From IMG/VR virus record IMGVR_UViG_3300044667_000030, positions 1 to 44,370 of that record: a DNA stretch of 44,370 nt; one strand, 5' to 3'. The position numbers were made by a program, and so were the translations under genes. Source of the DNA: a virus (Duplodnaviria > Caudoviricetes). The notes under the pieces are model-generated. The model was not told the origin of the DNA. It was given only the letters and a program-made list of their open reading frames with translations, and searched no databases. This document shows positions 15,524-24,433 of this stretch, one piece after another (within the stretch, counting starts at the first letter, position 1; every line of letters starts with the position of its first letter).

Positions 15524-16782
15524 TGCTGCTTCCGCCGGTCCGGAAAAGCGAATGGCGGCAGCCCTCGCAGCGAACCTCTACCTTCGGAATTGAAAACCAG
15601 ACCCGCTTTCGCCTGACGGCGAGGCTCAATGACGGGCATATCGTCTGGCGCGGCTGGTTTGACGATCGCGACGATGCCGACGCCTTCCTCTGGGCGCTGG
15701 CTACGGGATCGCTCGGCTATGAGCGCGAACTGTGGCGCCTGCCGGTGCCGATGTGGTCGCCGGGTCTTGGCGAGAATCTTTCTTATGACTTCGCGACCGT
15801 CACGTTTCTGACGACGACCGGCGCGAATACCTACAACGTTCCATCGGACTGGAACAGTTCGAACAACACTATTGAAAGCCTGGGAGCAGGCGGCGGTGGC
15901 GGGTCTGGTAAAACCGGATCGGCAGGCGGCAGTGGCGCTGGCGGCGGCGCCTATTCGCTGAAGAATAACGTCAGTCTGACCGCATCGGGAACTGCAAGCT
16001 ATACAGTCGGGGCGGCAGGTGTAGGCGGCTCATCTGGCGGGACTGGTGCGGATGGTAATGACGGCGGCGATACTTTCTTCAATGGCGCATCGCTTGCTGC
16101 CTCGTCCTGCGGCGCCAAGGGCGGAGCGAAGGGCCTGTCTGGTGCGGCCACTTCGCTTTCCGGTGGCGCTGGTGGTGCGGCTGCCTCCGGCGTTGGCGAT
16201 ACCAAGACATCCGGTGGCGCTGGCGGCGCGACAGATTCAAGCGGCTTCGGCTCTCCTGGTGGTGGTGGAGCTGGCGGCAATCGCGGCGACGGCGGCGCTG
16301 GATCGACCGAAGTGGCGTCATCGAATGGCGGCGGCGGGGCCGGCGGTGGCGCAGGCGCGGGCGCTTCCGGCACAAACGGTTCGGCAGGCGGTGCGGGCAG
16401 CGGATCGACTGGCGGCACGGGCGGAAACAATGCAGCCGGTGCTGGCGGTGGTGCCGGCGGTGGTGCCGGCGCGAACGGCACGGCTGGCACGTCGGGTGGT
16501 GGCGGTGGCGGCTCGGGTGGCGGCGCAGGCACCTATAGCGGCGGGAACGGCGGTGCGGGCGACTATTGGGATGCAACGCACGGGCCAGGCGGCGGCGGTG
16601 GCGGGACGGGCCATGGTGGAACTGCCTCGAATGCTTGCGGAACCGGCGGGACTTATGGCGGCGGCGGGGCAGGTTCGTATCGCACGGCCGCGGGCGGCAA
16701 CGGCGGGCAAGGAATCATTGTCGTGATCTATACGCCTGCTGGTTCGGCCTTCGGCTCCGGCCTGCTGATGCGGGGCTGCTGA
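15523..16782 (+). CDS. Glycine-rich fibre protein with non-Gly N-terminal domain
   Basis: Long GGxGGxG tracts flanked by VP...IESLGAGGGG and GGQGIIVVIY. Confidence 0.8.
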   Translation: MLLPPVRKSEWRQPSQRTSTFGIENQTRFRLTARLNDGHIVWRGWFDDRDDADAFLWALATGSLGYERELWRLPVPMWSPGLGENLSYDFATVTFLTTTGANTYNVPSDWNSSNNTIESLGAGGGGGSGKTGSAGGSGAGGGAYSLKNNVSLTASGTASYTVGAAGVGGSSGGTGADGNDGGDTFFNGASLAASSCGAKGGAKGLSGAATSLSGGAGGAAASGVGDTKTSGGAGGATDSSGFGSPGGGGAGGNRGDGGAGSTEVASSNGGGGAGGGAGAGASGTNGSAGGAGSGSTGGTGGNNAAGAGGGAGGGAGANGTAGTSGGGGGGSGGGAGTYSGGNGGAGDYWDATHGPGGGGGGTGHGGTASNACGTGGTYGGGGAGSYRTAAGGNGGQGIIVVIYTPAGSAFGSGLLMRGC

Positions 16783-16979
16783 TGTCGATCCTGATCCTCT
16801 TCGATCATCCGTATCCCGGCTTTGTCGGCACAGTGAACACGCTTCAGAACGCAACGCTTCCGGTCGATTGCCAGCTTGCCATCGTGGACGACTCCAAACG
16901 GGGTTCCGATCGATACCGGGCTGGCAATGTCTCGGCGCTCGGCCCTGCACAATTCAAATCTGTCTTTGGTGAACGGTGA
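16782..16979 (+). CDS. Hypothetical protein (65 aa)
   Basis: MSILILFDHPY...; TGATG and GTGA overlaps. Confidence 0.6.
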   Translation: MSILILFDHPYPGFVGTVNTLQNATLPVDCQLAIVDDSKRGSDRYRAGNVSALGPAQFKSVFGER

Positions 16980-17602
16980 CAAGCGTCCTTTTCTGTACGC
17001 CCGCCTACGGCGGCATGGTTACTGCACATCACTTCAAGTCCTGTCTCGAACTCAGGCTTGAACTGACGCGCGCCGGCCTCGAACATGACTGGCTGATCGG
17101 CACGAACGAAAGCCTCATCACGCGCGCCAGAAACGAAATGACGGCTTCGTTTCTCAAGACCGATCATACGCACATGTTCTGGCTGGACGCGGACATCGAG
17201 TTCACGCCGGAGGATGTTTCCAAGGTCTGGAACATGGATGCTGACATCGGCGTCGGCGTCTATGCGATGAAGAAACCGGACAAGCAGTGGTTTGCGGCGT
17301 GGAAGGACGGCGAGCTGGTTCACGACCTCGACCGCTATAAGGAGCCCATTGAAGTCGATTACGCCGGGACCGGCTTCATGTGCATCAAGCGCGAAGTCAT
17401 CGAGAAGCTGACGGAGATCCACGGCACCTACAAAGGTTCGTGGGGCGATGCGCCGGCTATCTACATGACGCCGGTTCATGACGGCTTCCTCGAAAGCGAG
17501 GATTATCATTTCTGCCGGCTGGCTCGGAATGCCGGTTACAAGGTGATGATGGACCCGAGCGTCCGTCTCGGACACTGGGGCCAGTACCGCTTTGGCGCTT
17601 AA
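16976..17602 (+). CDS. GT-A fold (GT2-like) glycosyltransferase
   Basis: TPAYGG, SLITRARN, WLDADI (DxD), GTGFMCIKR, SEDYHFC, LGHWG. Confidence 0.85.
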   Translation: MTSVLFCTPAYGGMVTAHHFKSCLELRLELTRAGLEHDWLIGTNESLITRARNEMTASFLKTDHTHMFWLDADIEFTPEDVSKVWNMDADIGVGVYAMKKPDKQWFAAWKDGELVHDLDRYKEPIEVDYAGTGFMCIKREVIEKLTEIHGTYKGSWGDAPAIYMTPVHDGFLESEDYHFCRLARNAGYKVMMDPSVRLGHWGQYRFGA

Positions 17603-17609
17603 GGAGTGG

Positions 17610-18236
17610 ATGGCCGATTACGGAGGCCTCGCCTTCAAGATGCCGGACATCGCGGGGACGTATCAGGGAAAGAACCTGATCATCTGCGCGGATGCGGCGT
17701 GCGTCTGGATCGATCTTGAATTGTTCGGTGCGCGTGACGACACGGGCCGCGGAAGAGTTGCCAAGCCCGGATGGGACATCATGGCGGTCAACAAGATCGT
17801 CGAGGTTCTGCCGGCGACTGTGGAGCACTGTTACAGCAACCAGGCGCGAGTCATCACCGCTGCGATTGCTGCAAGGCGAGACGAATACAAGCGGGAGTTT
17901 ACGTTCGAACCCAAGACGCATTCCTGCAATCCGGGAGCGCAATATCATTGGCCTTGGGCTGGATACGGAACGAGTGGGTTAGGCGCCTGTTTCGTCGGAC
18001 TTGCCCTCGGTTACGAAAAGATTGTGCTTTGTGGAATGCCGCTGGAAGACGGGCCGCACAATGGCGAGCCGCACTGGCGGTCAACTACGTTCGCAAGCAG
18101 CGAAGCTTGCGGCAGGAAAAACGATGATCGCGATGTCCATTGGATTCGCGCCATCGAAAACGGATTTGGCGGGAAAGTAAGAAGCATGTCGGGTCGCACC
18201 CGCACATGGCTTGGCGATCCAATGCCATGGAAATGA
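17610..18236 (+). CDS. Maf/GT42/GT29-like (MptE-like fold) putative glycosyltransferase
   Basis: N-terminal LII strand, IMAVN, GTSG..A..V.LALGYEKIVLCG.P motif. Confidence 0.55.
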   Translation: MADYGGLAFKMPDIAGTYQGKNLIICADAACVWIDLELFGARDDTGRGRVAKPGWDIMAVNKIVEVLPATVEHCYSNQARVITAAIAARRDEYKREFTFEPKTHSCNPGAQYHWPWAGYGTSGLGACFVGLALGYEKIVLCGMPLEDGPHNGEPHWRSTTFASSEACGRKNDDRDVHWIRAIENGFGGKVRSMSGRTRTWLGDPMPWK

Positions 18237-18835
18237 AATCTTACGGCGGCTTCCTGTGGCCTATAGGCGACAGGCACGCGGCCAAGGTTCTGCTGAATGA
18301 GGTTCGCGGCCTTGATGTCGCGATGGAGTACGTCCGGGGCAGGGACGTTTGCGTACAGGCCGGCGGGAACGTGGGCGTGTGGCCCGCGTATCTGGCAAAG
18401 ACCTTTGCGGAAGTCTGGACGTTCGAGCCCGATCTTGCGAACTATCTTTGCTTGCTGAGAAATATTCCTTCGGGGGTCTATCCGTTCCTTGCCGCTCTCG
18501 GCCACAAGCCGATGGGTGTTTCCATGGAGCTGAGCCCGGATAATGTGGGCGCGCACAGCCTCGACATTATGCATCCTGGCCGGACTCCGGTGCTGACGAT
18601 TGACGAGCTTGAATTGCAGGCGTGCGATCTGATCGTGCTGGATTGCGAAGGTTTCGAGCCGCTTATCGTGGATGGTGCCGCTGATACCATTCGGAAGTTC
18701 AAGCCGGTCCTGATGATCGAGGACAAGGACTTGTCTCGACACTACGGCAAGCGTCAAGGATGGCCGGAGCGCGATATTGCTGGTTATCGCGTGGTCGCAA
18801 AGTATCGAAACGACCTCATTCTGGCCCCGGAATGA
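18233..18835 (+). CDS. FkbM-family SAM-dependent methyltransferase
   Basis: VQAGGNVGVW, TFEP, LIVLDCEGFE, KPVLMIE; start 18227 or 18233 (ATGA). Confidence 0.88.
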   Translation: MKSYGGFLWPIGDRHAAKVLLNEVRGLDVAMEYVRGRDVCVQAGGNVGVWPAYLAKTFAEVWTFEPDLANYLCLLRNIPSGVYPFLAALGHKPMGVSMELSPDNVGAHSLDIMHPGRTPVLTIDELELQACDLIVLDCEGFEPLIVDGAADTIRKFKPVLMIEDKDLSRHYGKRQGWPERDIAGYRVVAKYRNDLILAPE

Positions 18836-19392
18836 AGATCGCCTGCGTTCTGAAGACAGGTGGCGACTACGATTCGGATTATGTGGCGCATTTTCTCGAC
18901 GGTTTGAACGAGCACGTCGAGAATTTCGAGTTCATGTTGCTGGCCGGGTCTGAATATCCCGGCTGGTGGTCGAAAATGGAGCTGTTTCGCCCTGATGTGA
19001 AGGGCGATCTTCTCTATTTCGATCTCGACACGATGATTGTCGGCGATCTTGACGACATTCTCGCCGTAGATCGTCTGACGGTGCTCTCGGATTTCAATGT
19101 TCCGGATCGGATGGCTTCCGGGATGATGTTTATTCCGGAATACGAGCGCGCCTCGATCTGGAATGAGTGGATTGCTGACCCTGAAGGCCACATGCGCGCG
19201 GCCGGCGGACACGGCGATGGCGGCTTTCTCGCCAAATACTGGGCACGCGCACAACGCTGGCAGGACATCGTTCCGGGTCAGGTGGTGAGTTACAAGAATC
19301 ACGTCAGGGACAAGGGCGTTCCTGCGGAGGCAAGGGTCGTCTGCTTTCACGGGCGGCCACGACCGCGAGATATAAGGTGGATGCTCCGATAA
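18832..19392 (+). CDS. GT-A fold (GT8-like) glycosyltransferase
   Basis: WWSKMELF, LYFDLDT (DxD), GDGGFL, VCFHGRPRP. Confidence 0.82.
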   Translation: MKIACVLKTGGDYDSDYVAHFLDGLNEHVENFEFMLLAGSEYPGWWSKMELFRPDVKGDLLYFDLDTMIVGDLDDILAVDRLTVLSDFNVPDRMASGMMFIPEYERASIWNEWIADPEGHMRAAGGHGDGGFLAKYWARAQRWQDIVPGQVVSYKNHVRDKGVPAEARVVCFHGRPRPRDIRWMLR

Positions 19393-19400
19393 GACGGGCA

Positions 19401-19943
19401 ATGAAGCCTGTCATGGTTGTTGCCCATCCGGACGACGAAAGTCTCTGGGGGGCGGGAATGCTGTTGCGCTATCCCGGATGGACAGTCATTTCGTGTTCCG
19501 TGCCGCTGCGGGAGCCTGAGCGTGCAAGATTGTTCTTCAAAGCGTGCGAAGTTCTCGACGCCGTTCCCGTGCAGATCAATCAGCCGGAGCAGGTCGGGAC
19601 ATCGCTGAAGTTCGATCACCTGGATTTGTCGCCATACGACCTGATTGTCACGCACAATCGAGACGGCGAGTATGCTAACGCACACCACAAGCAGGTGCAT
19701 GACCACATCGTTACGAACTGGCCGGAAAAAACGATTTGCTTCGGGTACAGACCAAAGCGCAGCGCGGTAGCTGACTTCGAGATTGAACTTACGCCGGAAG
19801 AGTGCAAGCGGAAGATGGCGGCGATCCAGTGTTACGACAACATCGGATCGAGTGGCCGGCCAACATGGATTCAGTTGATGGAAACCTTCGCGCACAGGTT
19901 CGATCTGTGGCGCGAGCCTTACGAATATGTCAGCCGACCCTAA
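19401..19943 (+). CDS. PIG-L/LmbE-family N-deacetylase
   Basis: VVAHPDDES and GEYANAHH metal-binding motifs. Confidence 0.85.
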   Translation: MKPVMVVAHPDDESLWGAGMLLRYPGWTVISCSVPLREPERARLFFKACEVLDAVPVQINQPEQVGTSLKFDHLDLSPYDLIVTHNRDGEYANAHHKQVHDHIVTNWPEKTICFGYRPKRSAVADFEIELTPEECKRKMAAIQCYDNIGSSGRPTWIQLMETFAHRFDLWREPYEYVSRP

Positions 19944-21366
19944 GCGCGTTCTCGAACTCGTAAAGCAGTTCAAGTCCGCCTTAGCCTCGAACAAGATTGC
20001 TACCTACAAGCCATATCCATGGCAGGTTGAGTTCCACAACGCCGGGATTGATAACCCCGAGCGAATGCTGATGGCGGCAAACCGCGTCGGCAAAACGGTT
20101 AGCGCAGCGTGCGAGGTTTCGTTCCACCTGACGGGCAATTATCCCGATTGGTGGAAGGGAAAGCGGTTCGACAAGCCGGTATTGGTCTGGACGGGCTCTC
20201 CCACGAACGAAACATCGAAGGACATCGTTCAGAACGAATTGCTGGGCGGCCTTGGTGAAAACCTCGGGACCGGCTGGGTGCCGCGCGGATCGCTCGCCGG
20301 CAAGCCGACGACACGGCAGGCAGGCGTCAAGAACGTCGTCGATAGCTTTCAGGTTCGCCACAAGTCCGGCGGATTGTCGCTCTGTGTTCTGAAGACCTAT
20401 GAGCAGGGCTGGCAGAAGTGGCAGGGCACGGCTCCGCATGTCGTGTGGATGGACGAAGAGCCGGACGACTACAAGATTTTCTCGGAAGCGCAAACGCGCA
20501 TTCTGACCTCGCACGGGATTGTGCTTGTAACCTTTACGCCGCTGTCAGGCCTCACCGATCTAGTTCAGCACTTCATGGAAATGGATGGCCAGAAGGATAG
20601 CGGCGTATTCATCAAGGGTGCGACGTGGGACGATGCGCCGCACCTGAGCAAGGAGGACCGGGATCGCCTTTCTGCATCGTATCGCGACCATGAGCGCGAG
20701 GCGCGCACCAAGGGTGTGCCGATGATGGGTGAGGGCGCTGTATTCCCCGTCTCGGATGAGGCGATCAAGATCGATCCGATCCGGATTCCCGATCACTGGG
20801 CGCGCATCAAGGGTTGTGACTTCGGCATTGACCACCCGGCAGCGGGTGTCGAGATCGCGTGGGATCGCGATCAGGACATTGTTTACATCGTCGATTGCTA
20901 TCGGAAGGCAGGAGAGACGGCGGCCTACCACGCCGCGTGGTTCAACAAGGGGGACAAGCGTATTCCTGTTGCATGGCCGCACGACGGTGTGAACCGTGAG
21001 AAGTCCGGCGGCAAGACGCTTGCTGATCATTATCGGGATCACGGCGTCAACATGCTTCCGAAGTCGGCACGCTATCCGAAGGCGCGAGGAGAGACGGAAG
21101 AAAAGGGCGGACCGCAGCCGGTTGAGCCGATTGTCGATGAGGTTCTGGAGCGGATGAATACGGGCCGGCTGAAGGTGTTTTCGACCTGTCCGCTGTGGCT
21201 TGAGGAAAAGCGGTCGTATCATCGCAAGGACGGGAAGATCGTCGATAAGCGCGATGACCTTCTGAAAGCGTCATTCTACGCAATCATGATGAAGCGTTAT
21301 GCGGTCGCGCCGGATTCGTTCTCGGCCCGCAGCGCTCCGGCTATGTCGCTACCAAGCGTGAGATAA
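19927..21366 (+). CDS. terL: Terminase large subunit (P22-like)
   Basis: Walker A AANRVGKT, Walker B VWMDEEP, TFTP, GCDFGIDHP, DDLL. Confidence 0.95.
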   Translation: MSADPKRVLELVKQFKSALASNKIATYKPYPWQVEFHNAGIDNPERMLMAANRVGKTVSAACEVSFHLTGNYPDWWKGKRFDKPVLVWTGSPTNETSKDIVQNELLGGLGENLGTGWVPRGSLAGKPTTRQAGVKNVVDSFQVRHKSGGLSLCVLKTYEQGWQKWQGTAPHVVWMDEEPDDYKIFSEAQTRILTSHGIVLVTFTPLSGLTDLVQHFMEMDGQKDSGVFIKGATWDDAPHLSKEDRDRLSASYRDHEREARTKGVPMMGEGAVFPVSDEAIKIDPIRIPDHWARIKGCDFGIDHPAAGVEIAWDRDQDIVYIVDCYRKAGETAAYHAAWFNKGDKRIPVAWPHDGVNREKSGGKTLADHYRDHGVNMLPKSARYPKARGETEEKGGPQPVEPIVDEVLERMNTGRLKVFSTCPLWLEEKRSYHRKDGKIVDKRDDLLKASFYAIMMKRYAVAPDSFSARSAPAMSLPSVR

Positions 21367-21713
21367 TGGATAAAGATCAGGTCGAAGAAAAACTGCGGCG
21401 CTTGGGTTTGAAGCCAATATCTCGCGAAAAGTGCGGCGATTTCAATCTTTATATCGGTGAGACGGATTATTCCTCTCCTCCGCACCTCTCGAAACAGAAG
21501 CGCGGCATCAAGCCAGAAGACTTCCCATTCGGGCTTTATGAAACTTGGTTTTGGTGGGGCAAGGACGAAAAGCTCCTGTTCGGAAGCCCATCCTTTTATT
21601 GCGCTCTCAACACCACTCAGAAAAAGCGTGTCGATGACACGAAGGCTCGTGCCCAGATGGATTTGCTGCGGCTACTGAATGCGGAGAAGAAGCGTCGTGG
21701 CGCAGTCAACTGA
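21366..21713 (+). CDS. Hypothetical protein
   Basis: 115 aa between terL and portal, TAATG coupling. Confidence 0.65.
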   Translation: MDKDQVEEKLRRLGLKPISREKCGDFNLYIGETDYSSPPHLSKQKRGIKPEDFPFGLYETWFWWGKDEKLLFGSPSFYCALNTTQKKRVDDTKARAQMDLLRLLNAEKKRRGAVN

Positions 21714-23568
21714 AGCCAAGCAGGTTGAAAGCGACGGCAGCGTCTCCAATCGCCGCTTCGACGCTCGCGACTTCAACACTATCGAGGAATTTGTCTGCGA
21801 CGAGTATTCCGCGCGCCTCGGCCGCCGTACCGATACCGAGAAGCAATGGAAGGAGATTGACCGGCAGGTCAAGATGGAGCCGGAAATCGCCTACAAGCGC
21901 ATGCCGAACGGCTCGGTCGATACCAATCGCAACTGGATGGCGGAAGTCGAGCTGCCGCTACAGGCGCAGGCGCTTGAGGTTCTGACTGCGGATGCCCGCC
22001 GCTTCATGTTCCCGGACGAGGGTCTTTTCTTCAAGGCGAACGCCGAGACCACGGACGAGTATCTGCAAAAGGTCAATTTCCAGTCACTGGTCATGGGCGA
22101 CCAGACGGAAGTCCCCTCGAAGATCAACCAGGATAACGCCAACAAGCTGGTCGAGGGCTTTCTGGCCCATCAGTTCAATCAGTATGACTTCATGACTCGC
22201 ATCGACAAGATCAATGCGGAAGCCTTCAAGTACGGCTGCGGTATCGGCCGCGGCAGGATGGAGACCAAGAACGTCTTCATCGACGACGCGCGCGGGCATG
22301 TCATCAAGCAGACCCAGCGTGTGCCGGTCATGGTGCCGTGCTCGATCAAGCATCTGTACTTGGACGATACCGAGCCGTCGATGCACTCGGCCACTCCGTT
22401 GGCGCCGTCGCACATCTGGCGCGATTACATGAAGTTCTCTGCGCTTGCGATGGCCGCCAGCAAGGGCTCCAGCGATCCTTACAGCGAGGATGGCGGATGG
22501 ATGCCGAAGAACCTCAAGAAGATCGAGCCGGACAAGGACGGCATGGTCACGCTGCTTGAGATGGAGGGCGATATAGTCCTTCCTCGCAAGACGGTTCGCT
22601 CGATGGTCATTCCGAATGCCATCGTCACGGTCGCGATGGGCGGCAAGGCTGTTGGCGGGCAGGGTTCGCGTGCGCTGGTTCGGCTGCGCTTCCGCAAGTC
22701 GCCGGTTTCGAGCTACTTCCTGTTTCCGTATCACTACGAGGGTGCAGAGCAGGTTTATCCGACAAGCCCGCTGATGAAGGGAAGGCCGGTGCAAGCGGCT
22801 GCATCGGCGGCAGTCAATCGCACGCTCGATTCCGCGATGCTCAAGATCGGCTGTCCCACAGGTTATGACCGCACTGACCCGTTCTTTGCGGCCAATGGCG
22901 GGGCGGTTATTGCGCCATTCCAGCAATGGCCCACGACGGACCCGGCGGCCATCAAGGTGTTCAGCGAGATCGGCGGCGATCCTGCGGCCATGGCTGCGCT
23001 CGCCACCCAGTTCATCAATCTCTACGCCGAGCTGACCGGCGTTCTGCCGGCGCGGCTTGGCGCGCAGACCAACAGCCACACGACGGCCTTTGCGAAGGAC
23101 GCAGAGCTACAGCGCGGCGCCACCCGCACGGTCGATTATGTCAACCAGGTCGGCAATGGCGCCATGATCAAGTGGCTGGACTTTGCCTACAAGGCATCCC
23201 GCGATGCGATCAAGGGAACGGCGGCCTACTACATCGCCTCCTATGGGGGCTGGGTCGAGGTCACGAAAGACCAGCTTCCGGAGAACTCCACTTTTGAGTG
23301 GAAGGGAGCCGGCGGCCCGCAGGACGAGAACCAGAAACAGCAGGCGCTCGTTAACAGCGCCATGCTGGCGCTCAAGGTCGATGCGCTCAACGTCCAGCTC
23401 GGGCGTCCGCCTCGCATTGATGCCTCGAACCTTGTTGATGAAATCCTGCGCCGCGGTGGCTGGACCGATCTCGACTCGATCACCAACCATCAGGCCGCGA
23501 TTGCCGGCCCGCCGCAGGGTGTGGGCGTTGCCGCGCTTCAGAACCTCTCGATGCAGCCGGTGCAATGA
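21697..23568 (+). CDS. Portal protein
   Basis: About 620 aa after terL and before scaffold/capsid; YGCG motif, helical C-terminus. Confidence 0.8.
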   Translation: MAQSTEAKQVESDGSVSNRRFDARDFNTIEEFVCDEYSARLGRRTDTEKQWKEIDRQVKMEPEIAYKRMPNGSVDTNRNWMAEVELPLQAQALEVLTADARRFMFPDEGLFFKANAETTDEYLQKVNFQSLVMGDQTEVPSKINQDNANKLVEGFLAHQFNQYDFMTRIDKINAEAFKYGCGIGRGRMETKNVFIDDARGHVIKQTQRVPVMVPCSIKHLYLDDTEPSMHSATPLAPSHIWRDYMKFSALAMAASKGSSDPYSEDGGWMPKNLKKIEPDKDGMVTLLEMEGDIVLPRKTVRSMVIPNAIVTVAMGGKAVGGQGSRALVRLRFRKSPVSSYFLFPYHYEGAEQVYPTSPLMKGRPVQAAASAAVNRTLDSAMLKIGCPTGYDRTDPFFAANGGAVIAPFQQWPTTDPAAIKVFSEIGGDPAAMAALATQFINLYAELTGVLPARLGAQTNSHTTAFAKDAELQRGATRTVDYVNQVGNGAMIKWLDFAYKASRDAIKGTAAYYIASYGGWVEVTKDQLPENSTFEWKGAGGPQDENQKQQALVNSAMLALKVDALNVQLGRPPRIDASNLVDEILRRGGWTDLDSITNHQAAIAGPPQGVGVAALQNLSMQPVQ

Positions 23569-23789
23569 GCCCAGCCCTCAAGGAATTTCTCTCCTTCATC
23601 CGCTCTAACCCGAACTTCCCCGAACTGGTGAGGTCGGTAGAGCGTCCAAAGATCAGTCCATTTCGCCAAAGCGAAGCCGAGCAATCGGAGAAGGCTCGCG
23701 CGAAGTGGATATTCGAATCCGGAAAGCTGCACCAGCACGAAGCTTGGCTGGCGCTTCTGACCGGCAAATCAACTTCGGAACAGGAGTAA
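23565..23789 (+). CDS. Hypothetical head-module protein
   Basis: ATGA overlap with portal. Confidence 0.65.
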   Translation: MSPALKEFLSFIRSNPNFPELVRSVERPKISPFRQSEAEQSEKARAKWIFESGKLHQHEAWLALLTGKSTSEQE

Positions 23790-23791
23790 TC

Positions 23792-24397
23792 ATGACCGAA
23801 GAGACTACGCAGGCCGTGGTTGATCCAACCGCTGCGGTGGCACAGCCGACCGCGCCGGAAGGCAACGCACAGGGCAATGAACTGGAGTCGTTTCTCAATG
23901 AATACGAGAGCGGCACCAAACCTCAAACCCCACCCGTTACGCAACAGCAACCGGCCGTCACACAGCCGGACGTTTCGACGCTTCAGGCCCGTCTTGATGC
24001 CATTGAACGCGCAAACGCAGAAAAAGAGCATACTGCCGATCTCGCCGACGCGGTGAAAACCGTCAGGGGCGATCTCGATGTGCCCGAATGGGCCGTGCAG
24101 GGCTGGATTGATGCCAAGGCGCGCGAGAACAAGAAGGTTCAGGACATCTGGGCCAATCGCAAGAACGATCCGACTGCGCTCAATCGTCTGCTTTCCAGCA
24201 TGAAAAAGGAATTTGCTGGCATTCAGTCGAAGCGGGCGGCGTCTCGTGTCGATGAAAACACGAGCGCGGATGTGGCTGCGGTGGCTGCGGCTGTGCGGGG
24301 TGCATCAACCCAGGCACCCGTAAGCCAGCCTCCCGATTTTGGAAGGATGTCAAACGCGGAGTTCAATGAGTATCTCCGCCAGAACAATCTCCAATAA
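23792..24397 (+). CDS. Capsid scaffolding protein
   Basis: Acidic/low-complexity N-terminus, helical body, MSNAEF..Y C-terminal helix; precedes MCP. Confidence 0.75.
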   Translation: MTEETTQAVVDPTAAVAQPTAPEGNAQGNELESFLNEYESGTKPQTPPVTQQQPAVTQPDVSTLQARLDAIERANAEKEHTADLADAVKTVRGDLDVPEWAVQGWIDAKARENKKVQDIWANRKNDPTALNRLLSSMKKEFAGIQSKRAASRVDENTSADVAAVAAAVRGASTQAPVSQPPDFGRMSNAEFNEYLRQNNLQ

Positions 24398-24433
24398 CGG
24401 AGACTGACCAAAGGGGCCTCATAGGAGGCCACA

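Noticed and set aside
15999-16950. Long Pro/Arg/His-rich alternative-frame ORFs
   Set aside because: Shadows of the GGC-rich glycine codons of 15523-16782
16976-19943. DNA hypermodification pathway as the role of the glycosyltransferase cluster
   Set aside because: No base-activating enzyme (hydroxymethylase, TET/JBP, kinase) or phage polymerase recognised, and the cluster is coupled to structural genes; disfavoured but not excluded
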